A DNA stretch of 64,000 nt from an uncultured delta proteobacterium (GTDB lineage Bacteria > Desulfobacterota > RBG-13-43-22): NCBI GenBank assembly GCA_963790475.1, contig CAWBOS010000010.1:800001-864000 (forward strand). The letters run 5' to 3'. A program made the position numbers and the translations under genes. Below the pieces are notes generated by a model, which saw only the letters and a program-made list of their open reading frames with translations, made no database searches and was not told where the DNA came from. Positions within the stretch are counted from its first letter, which is position 1, and each line of letters opens with the position of its first letter. Shown one piece after another: positions 19,158 to 28,189 of this stretch.

Positions 19158-21431
19158 ATGAAAAATTTCAGAACCACGGCCGCGGACAGCGACATTTCCA
19201 TCATCAACACTGGATGCTGCCATGACTGCGGCGGCCGATGCGTGCTCAAGGCCCATGTTAAAGACGGCAAAATTATCCGCTTCGAATCCGATACCGGGAG
19301 AGCGCCCCAGATCCGGGCCTGCCTGCGTGGCCGGGCTTACCGCCAGCGTCTTTATTCGTCCGACCGTTTGAAATATCCGATGCGCCGTATCGGGGAACGG
19401 GGACAGGGAAAATTTGAACGGATCACCTGGGACCAAGCCCTGGACACGGTGGCGGAGAATCTGAATAGAATCAAGGCGACCTACGGGAATTCGGCTATCC
19501 TATTTTTACCGGGCGCCGGTAACCAGGGCCTGCTCCACGGCCCGACGGCACCGGGTATGCTCCTGCAGGAGTTCGGCGGTTTCACCCGTTTCTGGGGCGC
19601 CCCTTCCTATGAAGGTGCCCTTTTCGCTTCCATGGCCACTTATGGCACCATTCGCACCGGCCACTCCCGCCAAGACCTGATGAACAGCCGTTTGATCATT
19701 CTATGGGGCTGGAATCCGGCCAACACGATCTGGGACCCGGAAACCAGTCTGTCCCTGGCCAAAGCCCGGGAAAACGGGGCCCGTTTAGTGGCCGTCGATC
19801 CCCGCTATACCGATTCGGTGTCTACCTTTGCCGACCAATGGATCCCCATCCGGCCCGGTACGGATGCGGCCATGCTCATTGCCATGGCTTATGTCATCAT
19901 CAAAGAACATCTCCAAGACCAGCCCTTTATAGATAAGGTTACCCAGGGTTTTGATCAATATAAAGATTACCTTCTGGGAAAGACAGACGGGGAGCCCAAG
20001 ACGCCCGAGTGGGCTGAATCCATTACCAAGGTCCCGGCCCAGGTCATCACCGATCTGGCGCGCGCTTATGCCACTCAAAAACCGGCGGCCCTGATTGCCG
20101 GCTGGGGACCGGCCAGGTCCGCGATGGGCGAGCAGTATTCGCGCAGCGCTGCCGTGTTGTGCGCCCTGACGGGCAATATCGGCATTCCCGGTGGGTATGC
20201 CGCCGGATTCATGCGGGCCTATTCCAGCCGGGAAACCGGTCATCTGCAGAAAAAAGATACCAACCTGCAGGTCGACAAGTCCAAAGGCATTCCCTCAGCC
20301 AATCCGGTTGAAGACGGGGCCAAGCCACGGCCCAACAGCCTATATAAGTTGAGCGGGGGCACCAACGCTACCAGCGCCCGGATTCATCAATGTAAAATTT
20401 GGGAGGCCATCCTGCACGGCCGGAAAGGAGGATATCCGGCTGATCTGAAGATGGCCTACATCGTAGCCAGCAACTGCCTCAACCAGTATCCCAACAGCAA
20501 TCGCGGAGCCCAGGCCCTCAAATCGCTCGAGTTCGTTGTTGTCCATGAACAGTTTATGACCGCCACGGCCCGCTTCGCCGATATCCTTCTGCCGGTCAAT
20601 ACCTTCATGGAACGGGAGGATATTGCCCCTCCCTGGCTTGGATCGCCCTATTATCTCTATCTGAATAAAGCGGTTGATTCACTTTATGAATCCAAATCCG
20701 ATCTTGAAATCTGCCGAATGCTGGCCCCACGCATCGGCGTATCCCCTGATTTTTTTAGTCAGTCCGATGAGGCCATTTTGCGGATGTTTACCTCCCGCCG
20801 AAAGGACATTAAAGACTTCGACCTCCTGAAAAAGGACGGCGTAACGAAAATCCGTCTCTCTGAACCGGTTGTCGCCTTTAAGGACCAAATCGCCGACCCG
20901 CAGCACCATCCTTTTCCCACCCTGTCCGGAAAAATAGAGATCGCCTGTGACCATCTGGCGGAAATGAATAATCCGCGTATTCCTTCCATCCCCAAATATC
21001 TGAGCCACCCTGAGCACTATGATGCACCTCTGGCGCAAAAATATCCGTTGCAGCTCCTGACCACCCACTCCAAGATCCGCACCCATTCCACCCTGGAAAA
21101 GGTCCCCTGGCTCAAAGAACTGGAAGGTCAGGGCGCCTGGATCAATCCCCTCGACGCACTACCCAGAAAGATCAAAAATGGAGATCGGATCGATATTTTT
21201 AATGATCGGGGAAGGATTCGTACCTCCGCTTATGTGACCGAACGCATCATGCCGGGCGTGGTCAATGTCTGCCAGGGAGCCTGGTACAACCCGGACGAGG
21301 CGGGCGTCGATATCGGAGGCTGCGCCAACACGCTGACTTGTGACGAACCTTCCCCCGGAGGGGCTCTCCCGATGAACAGCGCTCTAGTTCAAATGGAACT
21401 TTCTCCCCGCAGTCAAGAGAAGGAAAAGTAA
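19158..21431 (+). CDS. DmsA-like molybdopterin oxidoreductase catalytic subunit, no Tat signal
   Basis: CCHDCGGRC...C FeS0 motif, RLKYPMRR, WGWNPA, TARFADILLP, C-terminal molybdopterin dinucleotide-binding domain. Confidence 0.9.
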   Translation: MKNFRTTAADSDISIINTGCCHDCGGRCVLKAHVKDGKIIRFESDTGRAPQIRACLRGRAYRQRLYSSDRLKYPMRRIGERGQGKFERITWDQALDTVAENLNRIKATYGNSAILFLPGAGNQGLLHGPTAPGMLLQEFGGFTRFWGAPSYEGALFASMATYGTIRTGHSRQDLMNSRLIILWGWNPANTIWDPETSLSLAKARENGARLVAVDPRYTDSVSTFADQWIPIRPGTDAAMLIAMAYVIIKEHLQDQPFIDKVTQGFDQYKDYLLGKTDGEPKTPEWAESITKVPAQVITDLARAYATQKPAALIAGWGPARSAMGEQYSRSAAVLCALTGNIGIPGGYAAGFMRAYSSRETGHLQKKDTNLQVDKSKGIPSANPVEDGAKPRPNSLYKLSGGTNATSARIHQCKIWEAILHGRKGGYPADLKMAYIVASNCLNQYPNSNRGAQALKSLEFVVVHEQFMTATARFADILLPVNTFMEREDIAPPWLGSPYYLYLNKAVDSLYESKSDLEICRMLAPRIGVSPDFFSQSDEAILRMFTSRRKDIKDFDLLKKDGVTKIRLSEPVVAFKDQIADPQHHPFPTLSGKIEIACDHLAEMNNPRIPSIPKYLSHPEHYDAPLAQKYPLQLLTTHSKIRTHSTLEKVPWLKELEGQGAWINPLDALPRKIKNGDRIDIFNDRGRIRTSAYVTERIMPGVVNVCQGAWYNPDEAGVDIGGCANTLTCDEPSPGGALPMNSALVQMELSPRSQEKEK

Positions 21432-22000
21432 TGGCTCAGATGGGCATCTATTTCGACCAGACCCGTTGTACCGGCTGTTACACCTGTGTGGTAGCCTGTA
21501 AAGATTGGTACGACCTTGACACCGGCCCGGTGAATTATATGCGTGTCCGGGCTATCGAAAAGGGGACCTTTCCGGATCTTTTTGCTGCCTACCTGGCCTC
21601 ACCTTGCTACCATTGCCTCAAGCCGCCCTGTGTTCAGGTCTGCCCGGCCCAGGCGATTTCCAAAAGAAGCGGAGACGGTATCGTCGTGGTGGATTCAGAT
21701 CGATGCCTGGGCAAAGACGAATGCCCTGAAAAATGTCTGAAGGCCTGTCCCTGGAAGGCTCCCCAATTTGGACCGCAAGCGAATGCAAAAATGCAGAAAT
21801 GCGAATTGTGCCTGGAACGCCTGGAAGAGGGCCGGCAGCCCATCTGTGTGGAAGCCTGCCCCATGTTCGCCCTGGAGGTCGGGCCGTTGGATGAACTCCG
21901 CCGGAAATATGGTGAAATCACGGAAGCTGAAGGATTCAAAACCCTCAAACGATTTGGGCCTGCGGTGGTATTCAAGCCGAAAAAAGACTTATCCGTTTAG
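21431..22000 (+). CDS. DmsB-like 4Fe-4S dicluster protein
   Basis: CTGCYTCVVAC, CYHC..PPCV.VC, KCELC..R....P.CVEAC; TAATG overlap with the dmsA-like gene. Confidence 0.92.
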   Translation: MAQMGIYFDQTRCTGCYTCVVACKDWYDLDTGPVNYMRVRAIEKGTFPDLFAAYLASPCYHCLKPPCVQVCPAQAISKRSGDGIVVVDSDRCLGKDECPEKCLKACPWKAPQFGPQANAKMQKCELCLERLEEGRQPICVEACPMFALEVGPLDELRRKYGEITEAEGFKTLKRFGPAVVFKPKKDLSV

Positions 22001-22177
22001 TCCAACCGGAAGAACTCAGACCCAGTATCTCCCAACCTTTACTCTAGCATATTAAGTGTCCTGAACAGAAGTTGGGTTGACGGATTGTGTCAAAAAAACC
22101 CTTCTTGCGACTTCACCTACAAGTCTTGTTCTGGAATGGTTCGGAGATTTAACGATTATCGTTTGAAGGGGCATAGA

Positions 22178-22405
22178 AAAAGCAGGGCCATTTCTGACGA
22201 GCCGATAGCTTAACGTGTTGATAATACCGTTATGATATAACATTAAAGCCTATAATTATAAATAGTTAAATCATTGCCATTTGTAAGAAGATAATTTCTC
22301 AGAAAGAAAAAGCCTCTAACTCAAAAGAATTAGAGGCTTTTCGAATCATTGCAAATCCGTTTTCAACACGTTAAGCTATCGGGTCGCCATTTCTGACCCT
22401 GCTTT
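22178..22405. repeat. Pair of ~43-bp inverted repeats with a directly oriented 10-bp core
   Basis: 22178-22221 AAAGCAGGG-CCATTTCTGA-CGAGCCGATAGCTTAACGTGTTGA versus reverse complement of 22363-22405 AAAGCAGGG-TCAGAAATGG-CGACCCGATAGCTTAACGTGTTGA. Confidence 0.8.
22307..22341. terminator. Hairpin flanked by A and T tracts (bidirectional intrinsic terminator-like)
   Basis: AAAAGCCTCTAA-CTCAAAAGAA-TTAGAGGCTTTT. Confidence 0.6.
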
Positions 22406-22486
22406 CGTCCAGCTTACCAGATATTGATTTACGTTTTAACCTCGTGCTTGTAAGGAAGAACGGAGTGGGTCTCAAGTATTTCTTGT

Positions 22487-22678
22487 CTATTTATTAATAC
22501 TTACTGGAATAAAATAAATGTCTTTAACACTTACATCATGACCAAAAACTTTTTCTGCCCAACCCATGACTGATTCCCGGGTAATTCTGGAAGGATTCTT
22601 TCTTCTTTCCTCCAGAACTCCAAGCAACTCTTCTATTTTTGTTACCGGGTTACTCCTGTAAAATTCATATGCGATCAT
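22487..22678 (-). CDS. Small hypothetical protein (MIAYEFY...ERRKNP.RIT.ES...W)
   Basis: 63-aa ORF resembling small unannotated proteins I associate with deltaproteobacterial genomes (recall, unverified). Confidence 0.6.
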   Translation of the reverse strand: MIAYEFYRSNPVTKIEELLGVLEERRKNPSRITRESVMGWAEKVFGHDVSVKDIYFIPVSINK

Positions 22679-22864
22679 TTCTGATTTCTCTCAATCTGGT
22701 TAATAGATATTAAACCTTAAAAAAGAGCAGACCCTCTCTTCTCTGCTTCTTTTAATAAAAGCTTTTTTGTCCGCCTCCAATTTTTAAACCAAAAAGATCC
22801 ATAAAATCATATGCCTTTATGTTTTCACCAATTTCATATTTAGTGTTATAGAAGAAAACTTCGG

Positions 22865-23641
22865 CTAAGCAACCCTCTTTTTCCCCAGCGCCCTTAACGG
22901 GGTCAATATCTTATTCTCTAGGGGGACCCTTAAAAAAACAGGGTATCCATTTCCATTTGTCTGGATGGCTTTTTTTTCTTTGGGCAGTCGCAAGGGCACC
23001 TCCTTACCCGCTTGCTTTAATGAGTTGGAGGATGCTTCCAGGATGGCTACCACCCTCAATCCGTCATTTCCGTCGGATGGAGGATGAATCTCTTCTTTTA
23101 TACATTCCAAAAAGGTATCACACTGTTTCCTGAGGGGTTCATATTCGTCAATTCTTGGGCTATCAGTATCTCCTGACCGGTAGGCGAAATGGAACTCAGC
23201 AAAGGTATCATAATAAGGGGGTATTTCCAACCCCTTGTCATATATCTTTATCTTTTCCTGCAATTTCATGTCATCGTAAACCAACATCTTCCTTGTTCCG
23301 ACAATTGTTGTCTCCCGGATTTTTTTCGGATCAAGCCAACTGTTATGTATAAAGGCTATTAAGCCATTATTGAAGTTGAGCGAGGTGATCGCCACATCTT
23401 CAATATCAGATTTATAATGCGCTTTCCCTTGGCAGTTGACCGAAACCGGAAATTCGCCCAGGACATAAAGAATGATGGATATATCGTGGGGGGCAAGATC
23501 CCAAACCACATTGATATCCTTTTGAAGGAGTCCCAAGTTTGTATGGGTACAACTAACATAGAGTATCTTCCCCAATTCCCCACTTTCGATGATCTCTTTA
23601 ATCTTGTTTACAGCGGCTGTATATTCAAAGGTGTGGCCCAC
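22865..23641 (-). pseudogene. 5'-truncated Gfo/Idh/MocA oxidoreductase
   Basis: Begins at VGHTFEY (mid-protein) and has WDLAPHDIS and HNSWLDP.K.R; the N-terminal Rossmann part is missing. Confidence 0.8.
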
Positions 23642-23792
23642 TTTCGTTACCTATCGCAATGTTAATCGCCTCTTCACCGGAATTCGCTGTGATGACTTTG
23701 TAGCCGAAACTCTTGATCCTCTCCTTCTCGACCACCTCGATAAAAATCTCGTCTTCAACGAGAAGAATGGTTTTCTGTTCCTGGGTGCTCAT
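23625..23792 (-). pseudogene. Response-regulator receiver domain N-terminal fragment
   Basis: MSTQEQKTILLVEDE...FGYKVITANSGEEAINIA, then runs out of frame into the oxidoreductase remnant. Confidence 0.75.
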
Positions 23793-24378
23793 GGTTATTT
23801 TTCCGTTTCAAAAAGGCTCTTCCCGTTGGTTGCCAATATACTTTTTTCACATAATCTTTTTACTGTTAAAATCTAAAAAAGTCAAGATAAAACTCAACAT
23901 ATGGTATGTTTTTTATATTCGCTACAAGATATAGGTCAATCCATCCAAGGCCTGGCTGATCTTATCGGATTCGGATAATTCGAAGGGAAACCATCCCAGG
24001 ACTTGGCTCAGTCAAAAGATTTGGAATAGAAATCCGTCGACATTTTGTCATGAGACCGTCAATAACTTCACAAACCCGTTCATCGCTTCGGCAAGAAGGA
24101 AGAGGTCTTTTCTAAAGGTTTTTTTAGGGATTAATCGAGTTAGTCTCTTAGGGGAACGATGGCAGACTACTTGCTTTTTGAAAGCCTTGAGATCTCTTGC
24201 CGTTTCTAAGGCCAAGAAATATCAAGACCCTTTTATCGACGATTACGATTTGAACTCTTGTCTTTTTCCAAAAATTGGATTTAGAGGACTTCAGGAAGCT
24301 ATACGTACTAAAGTCTGATTTTCTTATTGAAGTTAATGGGTTAGGTACTGTTTAAAATTTCATAGTTTAGTTCTTTTG

Positions 24379-25266
24379 TCAAGGATTATTTGGGTTGCCA
24401 GCCGTTTGTAGCCTGATCACCTCCATGGCCTTGAAGTAGTCTCTCTGCACTTTCAGGTTTGATATCCGGCAGTACCGTTGCGTGGTTTTCACATTGCTAT
24501 GACCCAAGAGATCCTGGATGGTGCAGAGATCGGCATCAGCGTTGAGCAGCTGGGTGGCCATGGTGTGTCGAAGATGATGACAGGACACCTTGAGCTTCGC
24601 TTGGCGGCCATAATATTCCATGCGCCTCTGAATGCCACGAATGGAAATGGGCTGTCCCTTACAGGGAGCCTTTTCCGCCAGAAAGATCCTACTGGCTCTG
24701 GATAGAGGCCTCACCCTCAGATAGGCGGTCAGGGCCTGAAGGGCATCATGACTCATATAGACGACCCGGTCTTTTCCACCCTTGCCGTCTTCCACCAGGA
24801 TGGTCCTGCGCTTGACGTCGATGACGCCTATGGTGAGATGGGCGACTTCTTCCACCCGTAACCCGCATCTAAGCATAAGCATGAACATGGCCCGGTCGCG
24901 GGCCCCCTTGATGGCCTGGAAGAAGGTCTCCACCTGTTCATCTCTCAGGTGCCGGGGAAGGGGCCTGGACATCTTCTGGAAGTGATGCTTCCTGATGGGA
25001 TTGGTGATGGTCAGACCTTCTTCCTCCCGCAGATAATGGTAGAACTGGCGGATGCCGTTTAAGTGACAGTTGACTGTCTTGGGCGCCAGTCTCTTCCTCA
25101 TCAGATGCTCAATGTAGCGGGAGACGACCGCAGAGGTAACCTCCTCCACCGGCACATCCAACCAGATGACAAAGTGTTTAATGAGGTTCAGATAGTTCTT
25201 CAGGCAATGGGGCGAACAGTTCCTTCGCTTCAAAAATCGCCGCCAGTTCAGGATCGCATCGATCAT
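24379..25266 (-). CDS. XerC/D-like tyrosine recombinase B
   Basis: RCGLRVEE, GKGGKDR, HHLRH, LLGH..VKTTQRY (complete R-K-H-R-H-Y set); AGGAGG RBS. Confidence 0.93.
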   Translation of the reverse strand: MIDAILNWRRFLKRRNCSPHCLKNYLNLIKHFVIWLDVPVEEVTSAVVSRYIEHLMRKRLAPKTVNCHLNGIRQFYHYLREEEGLTITNPIRKHHFQKMSRPLPRHLRDEQVETFFQAIKGARDRAMFMLMLRCGLRVEEVAHLTIGVIDVKRRTILVEDGKGGKDRVVYMSHDALQALTAYLRVRPLSRASRIFLAEKAPCKGQPISIRGIQRRMEYYGRQAKLKVSCHHLRHTMATQLLNADADLCTIQDLLGHSNVKTTQRYCRISNLKVQRDYFKAMEVIRLQTAGNPNNP

Positions 25267-26317
25267 GACTCTTCCTCCTCTCGATCTTCGACATGGCCTT
25301 AAAATACTCCTCCTCCCGGGTCTTATCGGTCAACCGGGCATAACGTCGCGTCTCCTCGATGCTCCGGTGTCCCAGCAATACCTGGAGGCACTCCAGACGC
25401 ATGCCGGCGTTGAGCAACTCCGTGGCAAAGGTGTGACGCAGGGTATGCAGGGAATATCCCTTGCCCTCTAATCCCGCTTTGGATATATATCGCAGAAAGA
25501 TGATCCGGGCGGTGCTGTAACACAAAGTCTCGACGTTCTTCCCATAGAACAGGTACTCCTCTCCGGGATTCCTCTTCTTCAACCACTTCCGCAGGGCTAT
25601 AACTGCATCGTCGCTGAGATAGACCACCCTCCCCAGGCGGTTCTTCTCCCCTTCGTAAATCTCTATCTTCCGCTCCTGGAGATGGACGTCGGTCATCTTG
25701 GTCTGAAGCAACTCGCCGATCCGCAGGCCAGTCCGCAACAAGACCAGGATCAAAGCTCGGTCACGGATATCATGAATAACGGAAAGCAGCTTCTGCAGAT
25801 CGTCAGGATCCATGGCCCGCGGCAGCCGCTCCGGTAACTGCAACCGTATCCTCCGACTGCGGAATATATCCCCAGAAACGATCCCTTCCTCCACCAGATA
25901 GCGGAGAAAGGCCTGCACACTCACCAGCCTGGTCCTGATCGTCGTTATCTTAATCCCCCGGTCCTGCTCTCGCTCGATAAAGGCCTCTACATCACTTCGG
26001 GTAATGGCTTCAAAGCCTTTGCCGGTGTCCCGTATCAGTCCCAGAAAAAGAACGAGGGTGCCAAACCGACTGTACAGGGTTCTCGGTCGGCGATTGCCGT
26101 GAGTTAAGTGGCGAAGATAGGCGGCTACCTGATCTCTCCCCGGGAGGTCCATTCCGGCCAACCGTTTCAAAATCTTTCCGAGCGCTTCTAAACTTCCTTC
26201 AAGATGGGAGGTGAATCGTAACCGCGTCTGATAGTAACGGGGTGGGGTTGGGGTGGGACTCTTAAAATGATCTGAAGTTATATCTGCCTTCTGTATATCA
26301 CTATATAGGCTCGTCAT
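25178..26317 (-). CDS. XerC/D-like tyrosine recombinase A with N-terminal extension
   Basis: RTGLRIGE, EGEKNR, HTLRH, LLGH..IEETRRY; AAGGAG RBS; 89-bp overlap with recombinase B. Confidence 0.93.
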   Translation of the reverse strand: MTSLYSDIQKADITSDHFKSPTPTPPRYYQTRLRFTSHLEGSLEALGKILKRLAGMDLPGRDQVAAYLRHLTHGNRRPRTLYSRFGTLVLFLGLIRDTGKGFEAITRSDVEAFIEREQDRGIKITTIRTRLVSVQAFLRYLVEEGIVSGDIFRSRRIRLQLPERLPRAMDPDDLQKLLSVIHDIRDRALILVLLRTGLRIGELLQTKMTDVHLQERKIEIYEGEKNRLGRVVYLSDDAVIALRKWLKKRNPGEEYLFYGKNVETLCYSTARIIFLRYISKAGLEGKGYSLHTLRHTFATELLNAGMRLECLQVLLGHRSIEETRRYARLTDKTREEEYFKAMSKIERRKSHDRCDPELAAIFEAKELFAPLPEELSEPH

Positions 26318-26519
26318 CTCTGTCTCCTTTTCTTAAATCAATAAGAAAATCAGACAGATGATGATCAAAATCTCCTTATCTGTCAATCATCACTTTGGTA
26401 CGTATAGCAGGAAGAAACGTTGCCATCAAACTTGACATCGTCCGTATAGTCGTATCCTGATTTTTACATATTAAGGTCTCATAATAGTCTTGACCTAAAA
26501 CTAAAGAGCTCGCATATCC

Positions 26520-27221
26520 CTATGATTTGGGTGGAAGGGTGATTTTCCGGTAATACGAATTGGAAAGATAGATGGCGGCCAGGGGGTTGTGGCCGGTCAC
26601 CCGGTCCTTGACCGCCAGGACCGTTGTGGGGGCCTTGGCATATTTGAAAAAAAGGGAATCATGGCCGACACACAGACCCAGGAGGACATTGAATTCCGTC
26701 TTGGCCTTGTTCAGGACCTTGGCCTGATAGATGGGATTGCACATGGCCTCATCCGTACCCTGGAAAATTTTTTCCTTATCTTTGACCCCGATTTTTTCCT
26801 TGGAAATTCGTCCGGCCTTGCAGACCACCGAGATCACTTCGAACCCCTGTGATTTGAAAATCCTTTCCACGGCTTTGGCCTCTTGGACCAGGCCGATACA
26901 AAAAGCCAATCCCAGGCGCTTATAACCCATCTTTTGGGCAAACTCGCAGATTTCCACGATGCGGGTCTTGGTGGGCTGCAGAACATAAGGCCGTTGGTGG
27001 CGATTGGCATAACATTCCCCCTCCTGGATGGAGGCCTGTCGGGCAAACTCTTTGGTCTGCGGGTTCTCATATTCCTTTAGGGCCTCGATTAAACTATTTT
27101 CTTTCAGCAGGGTAGGGCAGCCCTTGGAGCCGATTCCATCCGAAGAAAAGCAGATTCTCTTCGGGGTGATGATTTCACAGGAGGCACAGGAGGGGAGGGG
27201 AGTATCTTTTTTTATAGTCAT
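26520..27221 (-). CDS. DUF1847-like Cys-rich metal-binding protein
   Basis: TRIVE, GLAFCIGL, SVVCKAG, MCNP..QA, GLCVGHDSLF, KDRVTGHNP. Confidence 0.85.
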   Translation of the reverse strand: MTIKKDTPLPSCASCEIITPKRICFSSDGIGSKGCPTLLKENSLIEALKEYENPQTKEFARQASIQEGECYANRHQRPYVLQPTKTRIVEICEFAQKMGYKRLGLAFCIGLVQEAKAVERIFKSQGFEVISVVCKAGRISKEKIGVKDKEKIFQGTDEAMCNPIYQAKVLNKAKTEFNVLLGLCVGHDSLFFKYAKAPTTVLAVKDRVTGHNPLAAIYLSNSYYRKITLPPKS

Positions 27222-27499
27222 GACGGATTCCTTTCCTAATTTTGATCGCTTAATATTTCTTCTTACAATGGCACCTGTTGTTTGTCGTCCAGTGAAAAAA
27301 GATGTTGTGACAAGAAGTTTGCGTTTGATTGTTGGGTAAATTTATTCATTTAAATATGCTTCAATCAGTTTCCCGAGTCCATTTAAACGAACTTGAAAAT
27401 CCTCGGCCTTCATGGCGCTGATTATTGATTTCCCCTTATCCGAAATTGAGATGAATGAATGAATGAAAGTCAATTCACATAAATTGGATTCAATTTCCC

Positions 27500-27868
27500 T
27501 CATTTCGCTGCCCCTTTGGGCGATATTGAAGGGCCTGGTTGAGCGGCCTGTGCCGCGATTTCCGCGAGAGTCCGGGCCACGGCATCCACGTGGGTCGTGG
27601 TCAGGGCGTGGGTGGCCTTTTCGATCTGCAGGAGCGAGCCGGACGGCGCATAAGCGGCAATGACCTGCGCTATCCGGTGCGTCATCTCAGGGCTTCTCCG
27701 GCCAACGATCGTGACGACCGGCATGGACAACCGGCGGAACGACTCAGGCGTATAGCGTTCCCGCCAGGACTTGGCGTTGCCGGGGGAACCATGAATGAGT
27801 AAGGCCACAGGGCCGGCCCCATAATCTTCATAACTTACCTTACGGCCGTCTCTATCGAGTATAGGCAT
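27500..27868 (-). pseudogene. Alpha/beta hydrolase with a large internal in-frame deletion
   Basis: N-terminal YEDYGAGP.ALLIHGSPG..W is joined directly to C-terminal LSMPVV.IVG..SP...ATH; no GxSxG nucleophile region. Confidence 0.7.
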
Positions 27869-28189
27869 GATAAATTACTCCTTCTAACGTTAAATGAGGC
27901 CTGGACCATGGCACGTGGTTTGCGGGGTCGAAGGCCCATGCAGACATAAGACATCGGTGTCCAATGACATGATTGGGCGACTCATTTACAGGCCAGAATC
28001 ACCTCAGAGGGAAACAACATCTGTTGATGGTACTCCCTGGTTTCGACTTTGAAGCCATGTTGCTGCGATTTTGTCGTACACGGCTCCAATTCTGTCCTGC
28101 GCTACTCTCGCATCCAGTATCTTTTTTTCACCATGGCCGAAAGTGAAGCCGCAACATGAACATACCATTCTCCTATTTCCTCCTAACGC

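Larger units (their letters stand above)
24299..26407. mobile_element. Two-tyrosine-recombinase mobile element with TIRs and 7-bp flanking direct repeat CAGGAAG
   Basis: TIR CTATACGTAC(T/C)AAAGT at both ends; 18-bp GTCTGATTTTCTTATTGA inverted at 24313-24330 and 26338-26355; CAGGAAG at 24292-24298 and 26408-26414. Confidence 0.88.

Noticed and set aside
22050-22110. GTGTCCTGAACAGAAGTT as an IS terminal repeat
   Set aside because: No partner end or transposase found in the window.
22194-22215. CTGACGAG resembling a hammerhead ribozyme core
   Set aside because: No GAAA follows stem II and no stems I/III are evident; the inverted copy lacks the motif.
24379-26317. Recombinases as integron integrase, chromosomal XerC/D, or a RIT element
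   Set aside because: No IntI-specific insertion is visible and no attI or cassettes are adjacent. The genes are enclosed by their own TIRs, and only two fit between the ends.
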